In this document: positions 58,762-64,000 of the stretch, piece by piece
Numbering within the stretch: the first letter of the stretch is position 1
How the letters are laid out: each line of letters opens with the position of its first letter
Origin: Abditibacteriaceae bacterium
GTDB lineage: Bacteria; Armatimonadota; Abditibacteriia; Abditibacteriales; Abditibacteriaceae
Length of the DNA: 64,000 nt
Assembly: GCA_965277285.1 (NCBI GenBank)
Contig: OZ255721.1
Span: 768,001-832,000, forward strand
Direction: 5' to 3'
Translations under genes and position numbers: made by a program
The notes under the pieces: generated by a model
What the model saw: only the letters and a program-made list of their open reading frames with translations
Database searches by the model: none
Told to the model about the DNA's origin: nothing

Positions 58762-59946
58762 ATGCTGCCCTACTCCACCTTTTCGCTGAAAAAAGTTCTG
58801 CATAACAACGAACCGCGCCGCGTTTACGGCATTGTCGGCGACGCTTATTTGCAAGGTTTGGTCAAGCGCGCCCTGCTCGATGCGGCGCTCGATCCGTCCG
58901 CGCGCGACTTCAACATGGACACCATCGAAGCCGACAGCGCGACCATAAACGACGTGCTTTCACTGTGCGGCAACCTGCCATTTTTGTCCGAGCGGCGCGC
59001 CGTTGTGGTGACGCGCGCCGAAAAGTTGGAAAACATGGACAAAAGCGGCGAAAGCGATGACGTTAAAGAAACGAAATCCACCAAATCGAGTACTCGATTA
59101 TCGCCCGCCAAGCGTTTGCAAGACGGCTTAAAAAACTTGCCGCCCACGACGATGTTGTTGCTTTTGCGCACGCCGGAAACGCCCGATATCGGTGCCAAAG
59201 CTGCAACACCGCGCTGCATCAACGCCAATGTCGACAAAGTGATTGAAGCCGACGACGTAGGTTTAATCATCGACTGCACAATTGGCGCGAAAAACAATGC
59301 GTTGGCGACGACAATCGTCAACAACGAAGCGGCGAACTGGAACATCGCGCTGGCAAATGGCGTGGCGGAATATCTGGTCGAACGTGTGGGAACCGACATT
59401 GCGCGCCTTTTATCCGAAATGGAGAAATGCGCCCTGCGCGTCGAACACGGCGAAATCGTCACGCGCGCCGTCGTGGAAGAAATGGTGAAACGCGCGCCAC
59501 ACGACACGATTTTCGACTTGACGGATGCCATCAGCGAACGGCGCGGCGCGCAAGCGTTGGCGATTTTGCGCGAACTCGTCGGCGATGGCGAAGCGCCCGA
59601 ACGCATCCTCGCCACTTTCGTGACGCACCTGAGAAAACTCTTGCAGGCGCGCGCCTTTCTCGATGCTGGCGCTGGCGTAGACGCAAGTACGCTAAACCGC
59701 TTGCCACGCGAATTGGTCTCGCAACTGCCGCAAAACGGCAACGAAAACCTGGCGACGATGTTGCAAAATCCCAGTCAAAGCTGGCGTGGGCGCAAGATTG
59801 CGAGCCAGGCGCGCAACTTTTCGGTCGTACAGTTGCAACAAGCGCTCGAAGCCGCGTTGAAAGTCGATTTGGCGATCAAAGGTATTGAGGGCGACGGCGG
59901 CACATCCGACATGCTGGTCGAATTGTTCGTCGCCGGTTTATGCTGA
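58762..59946 (+). CDS. holA: DNA polymerase III subunit delta
   Basis: VY.I.GD, DFN, LPFLSERR.VVV, L.SE.EK, IFDLTDAI, D.AIK; near comEC as in many bacteria. Confidence 0.9.
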   Translation: MLPYSTFSLKKVLHNNEPRRVYGIVGDAYLQGLVKRALLDAALDPSARDFNMDTIEADSATINDVLSLCGNLPFLSERRAVVVTRAEKLENMDKSGESDDVKETKSTKSSTRLSPAKRLQDGLKNLPPTTMLLLLRTPETPDIGAKAATPRCINANVDKVIEADDVGLIIDCTIGAKNNALATTIVNNEAANWNIALANGVAEYLVERVGTDIARLLSEMEKCALRVEHGEIVTRAVVEEMVKRAPHDTIFDLTDAISERRGAQALAILRELVGDGEAPERILATFVTHLRKLLQARAFLDAGAGVDASTLNRLPRELVSQLPQNGNENLATMLQNPSQSWRGRKIASQARNFSVVQLQQALEAALKVDLAIKGIEGDGGTSDMLVELFVAGLC

Positions 59947-60118
59947 TTTGAAATAATCTACCGCGAAGCGTACGAAGAATCGAGTACTCGAAAGTGGGAG
60001 TTTGTCATTTTGAGAGGCCATAAACAAAGTGAAAGAAGAGCCGCCAAACTCGCAAGGTGTCATTCTGAGAGGGTGTATAGGGAAAAGGAAATTAGCAACA
60101 AAAACGCGCAAAATTAGG

Positions 60119-60190
60119 AGTTTGTCATTCTGAGCGCAGCGAAGAATCTCATTGGAGTTAGATTCTTCGCTGCGCTCAGAATGACAAACT
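60119..60190. repeat. GTCATTCTGAG-type REP hairpin within nested IS5-like ends
   Basis: AGTTTGTCATTCTGAGCGCAGCGAAGAATCT / AGATTCTTCGCTGCGCTCAGAATGACAAACT. Confidence 0.9.
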
Positions 60191-60344
60191 TCCACTTTCA
60201 AGCGTTTTTGGGACTTTGTTTACAATCTCTAAGAGGTGCCTCTCGAATAGTGCGAAGAATCTAACTTGACATAATCAATGGGGCGGGCGCTTGCAAACCC
60301 GCACCACTGCTTGTCGAACTTTACTGATCGCAGCCATTGTAGGT

Positions 60345-61238
60345 TCAACCGCTTGCTTCATTGCCACGCTCACCGGCGATAGTATCCAATTCCTCGATGG
60401 CGTTTTGTGGCAATTGAAGGTTCGCGCCCGCGACGTTTTCACGCAGGTGATCAACTGAAGAAGTTCCCGGAATGAGCAGAATGTTGGGGGAGCGATGCAG
60501 CAACCAAGCCAACGCGACCGACATTGGTGTCGTATTCAAACGCTTGGCAACGCTGGACAGCGTGTTAGATTGCAGCGGCGAAAAGCCGCCCAGAGGAAAG
60601 TATGGCACATAAGCGATTCCCTGTTCAGCGAGAACATCAATCAGCGAATCATCCTGTCGATTGGCGATGTTGTAGAAGTTTTGCACGCATACAATCGGAG
60701 CAATCGCTTGCACTTGGGCGATCTGCTCGGCGGTGACATTGCTGACGCCCAAATGTCTGATGAGACCTTCTCGCTGAAGTTCGGCAAGTACGCTGAACGG
60801 TTCCGCTATGGAACCTGGAGTCGGAGCGGCGAACCCGCCAACTCGCAGATTTACCACATCAAGTACGGCGACGCCGAGATTGGCGAGGTTGTCATCAACG
60901 GCTTGGCGGAGTTCGTCGGGAGATAAAGCCGACGGCCAATTCCCCTTGGCGTCACGCCGTGCGCCAACTTTGGTGACGATGCGCAACTGCTGCGGATAAG
61001 GATGCAGCGCTTCTTTGATAAGCTGATTTGTGACGTGAGGGCCATAAAAGTCGCTGGTATCGATGTGGGTAATACCAAGCTCGACGACTTCTTTAAGAAC
61101 CGCTATCGCGCCGTCGTGATCGGCTGGCGGGCCAAAAACGTGTGGGCCAGCGAGTTGCATCGCGCCATATCCCATGCGGGTCAAAGTGAGGTCGGCGGCG
61201 AGCGTAAAGGTACCGCCTGCCAGAAATGAAGATGTCAT
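60345..61238 (-). CDS. Aldo/keto reductase
   Basis: RMGYGAMQL, HIDTSDFYG, IRHLGVSN, VQNFYN, IPGTSS; AGGAG RBS. Confidence 0.95.
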   Translation of the reverse strand: MTSSFLAGGTFTLAADLTLTRMGYGAMQLAGPHVFGPPADHDGAIAVLKEVVELGITHIDTSDFYGPHVTNQLIKEALHPYPQQLRIVTKVGARRDAKGNWPSALSPDELRQAVDDNLANLGVAVLDVVNLRVGGFAAPTPGSIAEPFSVLAELQREGLIRHLGVSNVTAEQIAQVQAIAPIVCVQNFYNIANRQDDSLIDVLAEQGIAYVPYFPLGGFSPLQSNTLSSVAKRLNTTPMSVALAWLLHRSPNILLIPGTSSVDHLRENVAGANLQLPQNAIEELDTIAGERGNEASG

Positions 61239-61388
61239 ATATTTCTCCTGGTGCTGATGAGACATTTGCAATTATTCCTATTGTCAAATGACAGTTGTTT
61301 ATCAACGTAAGTTATAACATACAGTTAGTGTCCAAATTGTCGTTTTTAGAGTGGCAAAATCCACTATCGAGTACTCGATTCTCCTTTT

Positions 61389-61428
61389 CTCTGCGCCTCT
61401 GCGCCTCTGCGCCTCTGCACCTCTGCGG
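61389..61428. repeat. Tandem 8-mer (CTCTGCGC)x5, imperfect
   Basis: Seen directly, intergenic. Confidence 0.8.
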
Positions 61429-61440
61429 TTCAATTTAGTT

Positions 61441-62034
61441 ATGAAAGAAATTTACGTCAGCACCGATGTCGAAACCGACGGCCCGATTCCTGGCCCGCAT
61501 TCGATGTTATCCTTCGCCTCCGCCGCGTATTTGGCCGACAAAACTTTGATCGGGACGTTTCAAGCGAACCTGGAAACTTTGCCAGACGCGAACGGCGACG
61601 CCAAAACAATGGCGTGGTGGGAAACTCAGCCCGAAGCGTGGAAAATCTGCCGCGAAAATTTGCAGGCGCCGCAAGTTGCGATGAACAATTACGTTGCGTG
61701 GCTCAAAAATTTGCCAGGTCGTCCAGTTTTTGTGGCGTATCCAGCAGGCTTCGATTTTCTGTTTGTGTACTGGTACTTGATAAAATTCGCCGGTGAAAGT
61801 CCGTTTTCGCATTCGGCTCTCGACATCAAAACCTATGCGATGGCGATGCTGCGCACGGATTACCGTGATTCGACCAAGCGCCGCATGCCGCGTTCGTGGT
61901 TCGATGATTTGCCACACACGCACCGCGCTTTGGATGACGCGATTGAACAAGGCGCGCTCTTTTGTAATATGCTAAACGCGAACTCAATAAACGCGAACGC
62001 GTCGTCAGTTGTCGCCCAGCACAAAACCGATTGA
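61441..62034 (+). CDS. DEDDh 3'-5' exonuclease (DUF5051-like)
   Basis: [20 protein letters not shown]. Confidence 0.88.
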   Translation: MKEIYVSTDVETDGPIPGPHSMLSFASAAYLADKTLIGTFQANLETLPDANGDAKTMAWWETQPEAWKICRENLQAPQVAMNNYVAWLKNLPGRPVFVAYPAGFDFLFVYWYLIKFAGESPFSHSALDIKTYAMAMLRTDYRDSTKRRMPRSWFDDLPHTHRALDDAIEQGALFCNMLNANSINANASSVVAQHKTD

Positions 62035-62080
62035 AGTGTGCACGCGACTTTTTTATTTTCTTTACTTTCCCTGATTATTC

Positions 62081-63985
62081 ATGCTTGATTTCGTTTCTTT
62101 TTCTCGACCACACAAACCTTTGCGTTCTTCTTTCGCTCGTTCTGCAATCTTTCGAGTACTCGAACTTCTGCTTTTGCTCGCCGGAAGCGTTTGGTTTTTG
62201 GCTCCAGCCAACGCGCAAACTTCCGGCGACTTTCCCGTGCCGGATGCGACGCCTATGTCGCCTGTTACGGACGCAACGCCGACACCTTTTCCCATGGCGC
62301 CGAACACGCCGCCCCAAGCGCAGGCGTATGTCGTGGCGCGTCCGGGCGCCGTGGTTTCTTACGGGCGCACGATGGTTCCAGCGTCGTTTTTGGCCAATGG
62401 CTTGGGCGCATCCATCGGGCAAGTCGCGCCGGAACGTTTCCGACTGCTTTATTTTGAACACGAAGCTGCGTTCTTCCCGTATCAACACGGCGCCATTTTC
62501 GACGGCAAATCGGTCACTTTGCCTGCCGCGCCGCAGATTATCAACGGCGAACTGTATGTTCCATGGGTTCCCGTCGCACAATGGTTGGGCATCAAATGGA
62601 GCCGCGTTTCGCCTGCCGCCGCGCCCGGCACCGTCGAAAAACAAACCACGTTTTTGCTGCAATATCCTGCCGCCTTTATTGAAAACGTGCGCTCGGAAGT
62701 TTTGACGGATCGCACGCGCGTTGTTCTCACATTGAGCAACGCGACACGCATCACGGCCAGCCAAAGCGGCGTTAATACGCAGTTTTTTCTGTCCGCCGCA
62801 CGCCGCGACAATGTTCCATCCAACGTGCCGGTCAACGATTATTTGCTGCCGCGCGCCCAAATTCAAAGCGGTAACTGGCGCGCTTCGTTCCAGGCGCGCA
62901 CCAATTATGTGGCGCCCGTGCGCTGGTTCACCACAGGGTTTCCAGCGCGTCTGGTGATTGATTTTCAGCGTTTATTCGAGGAATCGAGTACTCGAGACAT
63001 CGGCGGCGGGCTGGCTTTCACCAAGATTCGAGAAGGCACAGCGCACGGGCCGGTGCAAATGTATCTGGCGCGCATCGACCCCAATCAAGGTTGGCGTTTG
63101 CGCGTGACAACTGGCGGCGCCAATGTTTTGCAGCGCGCGCGACTCTCGAAGTTGGCGCGCGCGCATCACGCTTTGATCGGCGTCAACGGCGGGTTCTTTG
63201 CGAATAATGGCGCGGCGGTCGGCGCGGTTCTGGTCAATGGCGAATGGCTGCGTTTGCCGTGGCACGCGCGCACCGCGATTGCCTTTCGTCCCGACGGCGA
63301 GGCGCGTATCGGCAATTTGCAAGCGCGCGCCACGGTTGTGTTTTCCGGCGGCTTGGAACTTCCCATCCGCGAACTGAACGGCTGGCCAAATGAGGGCGAA
63401 GTCACCGTTTTGACGCAGCGCTTCGGACATTATTACAAATTGCGAGCGGGCGAAATCGCGGTCGTAGTACGCAAAAACATCGTGCAATCGAAGCCAGGCG
63501 GCGGTGGCGTTCCGGTTTATCCCGATGGTTTCACGATTTTAGCGAGCGGCGCGGCGCGTCCCTGGCTCGACAAAATCGTGCGCGGCGAACAAGCGCAACT
63601 CAGCCTCAGCGCGCCCGGCTGGGAAGGTTTCACGAACGCCCTGGGCGGCGGCCCGCGACTGGTCAAAAACGGTCGCATCGACGTGACCGACGTGCGCGAA
63701 AACTTCCGCGAAGATGTGCGCATCGGGCTGGGGCCGCGCACCGCTTTGGGCATTGATAAATATGGGCGCTACATTTTGCTGGTCGTCGATGGCCGCCAGG
63801 GTTTTTATTCGAGCGGCCTGACGCTTCACGAATTGGCGGCGATGATGCAAAAGCTGGGCGCAGTCGATGCGATGAATCTCGATGGCGGCGGCTCAACCGC
63901 GATGGCCGTGCGCGGCGCTGTCGTCAATCGTCCATCGGATGGCGAAGAACGCCCCGTTTCCACCGTGCTGCTGGTCATGCGTTGA
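62081..63985 (+). CDS. Exported phosphodiester glycosidase (NAGPA/DUF2233) family protein
   Basis: GVNGGFF, GGGPRLV, PRTALG, VVDGRQ, AMNLDGGGST; start uncertain. Confidence 0.9.
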   Translation: MLDFVSFSRPHKPLRSSFARSAIFRVLELLLLLAGSVWFLAPANAQTSGDFPVPDATPMSPVTDATPTPFPMAPNTPPQAQAYVVARPGAVVSYGRTMVPASFLANGLGASIGQVAPERFRLLYFEHEAAFFPYQHGAIFDGKSVTLPAAPQIINGELYVPWVPVAQWLGIKWSRVSPAAAPGTVEKQTTFLLQYPAAFIENVRSEVLTDRTRVVLTLSNATRITASQSGVNTQFFLSAARRDNVPSNVPVNDYLLPRAQIQSGNWRASFQARTNYVAPVRWFTTGFPARLVIDFQRLFEESSTRDIGGGLAFTKIREGTAHGPVQMYLARIDPNQGWRLRVTTGGANVLQRARLSKLARAHHALIGVNGGFFANNGAAVGAVLVNGEWLRLPWHARTAIAFRPDGEARIGNLQARATVVFSGGLELPIRELNGWPNEGEVTVLTQRFGHYYKLRAGEIAVVVRKNIVQSKPGGGGVPVYPDGFTILASGAARPWLDKIVRGEQAQLSLSAPGWEGFTNALGGGPRLVKNGRIDVTDVRENFREDVRIGLGPRTALGIDKYGRYILLVVDGRQGFYSSGLTLHELAAMMQKLGAVDAMNLDGGGSTAMAVRGAVVNRPSDGEERPVSTVLLVMR

Positions 63986-64000
63986 GCAATATCGAGTACT

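Larger units (their letters stand above)
471..64000. repeat. Highly iterated 12-bp palindrome TCGAGTACTCGA dispersed through the whole window
   Basis: Exact copies start at 471, 839, 1539, 2680, 5018, 5798, 9174, 12556, 13996, 14545, 16231, 17101, 17884, 19082, 20075, 20708, 21579, 22452, 23503, 24124, 26117, 26130, 26694, 27475, 28742, 29384, 33339, 33962, 34469, 35761, 37532, 37867, 39416, 40313, 41393, 42029, 42683, 43583, 46822, 48300, 50335, 51600, 52205, 53570, 54533, 55438, 55938, 57502, 58045, 59086, 59980, 61367, 62152, 62984 (plus one cut by the window edge at 63992). One-mismatch copies at 3183, 3764, 6277, 6758, 8191, 10118, 10700, 15691, 18161, 18580, 27944, 42206, 45208. Confidence 0.98.

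Noticed and set aside
471..64000. The 12-bp palindrome as a CRISPR repeat or integron attC array
   Set aside because: Too short, spaced by hundreds to thousands of bp, mostly inside ordinary genes; no cas or integron integrase genes seen.
471..64000. The palindrome as a linker, adapter or assembly artefact
   Set aside because: Degenerate variants exist, it appears to substitute for codons in conserved proteins, flanking genes are continuous, and it avoids the IS and the island. A read-level check is still advisable.

Overview
Bacterial chromosomal window, fairly GC-rich, densely coding (about 55 CDS). Taxonomy cannot be fixed from the sequence; a Kdo hydroxylase points to an LPS-bearing diderm. 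Contents: housekeeping genes (nadD-rsfS, galT, galK, comEC, holA, PilB/GspE ATPase, ABC transporter, Nramp, ATL), a sugar-modification operon (2 NAD-dependent epimerases, Zn-dehydrogenase, GT4, 3 CgeB-type glycosyltransferases), many polytopic GT-C-like membrane proteins, one IS5-family element, a 3.9 kb apparently foreign island (GH16-ricin glucanase plus a double parvulin PPIase), and several families of REP/MITE-like hairpins. The dominant unexplained signal is a 12-bp perfect palindrome, TCGAGTACTCGA (usually W-flanked). By manual count there are about 54 exact copies plus about 13 one-mismatch copies in 64 kb, against roughly 0.004 expected at uniform base composition. It lies inside core genes, replacing normal codons in all three frames (IEYS / RVLD-E / SSTR), clusters at gene boundaries, sits in the loops of other hairpin repeats, looks more evenly spaced than random, and is absent from the IS and the foreign-looking island. 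It behaves like a HIP1- or uptake-sequence-like chromosomal marking system with a motif I do not recognise. All counts and coordinates were read by eye and should be confirmed computationally.
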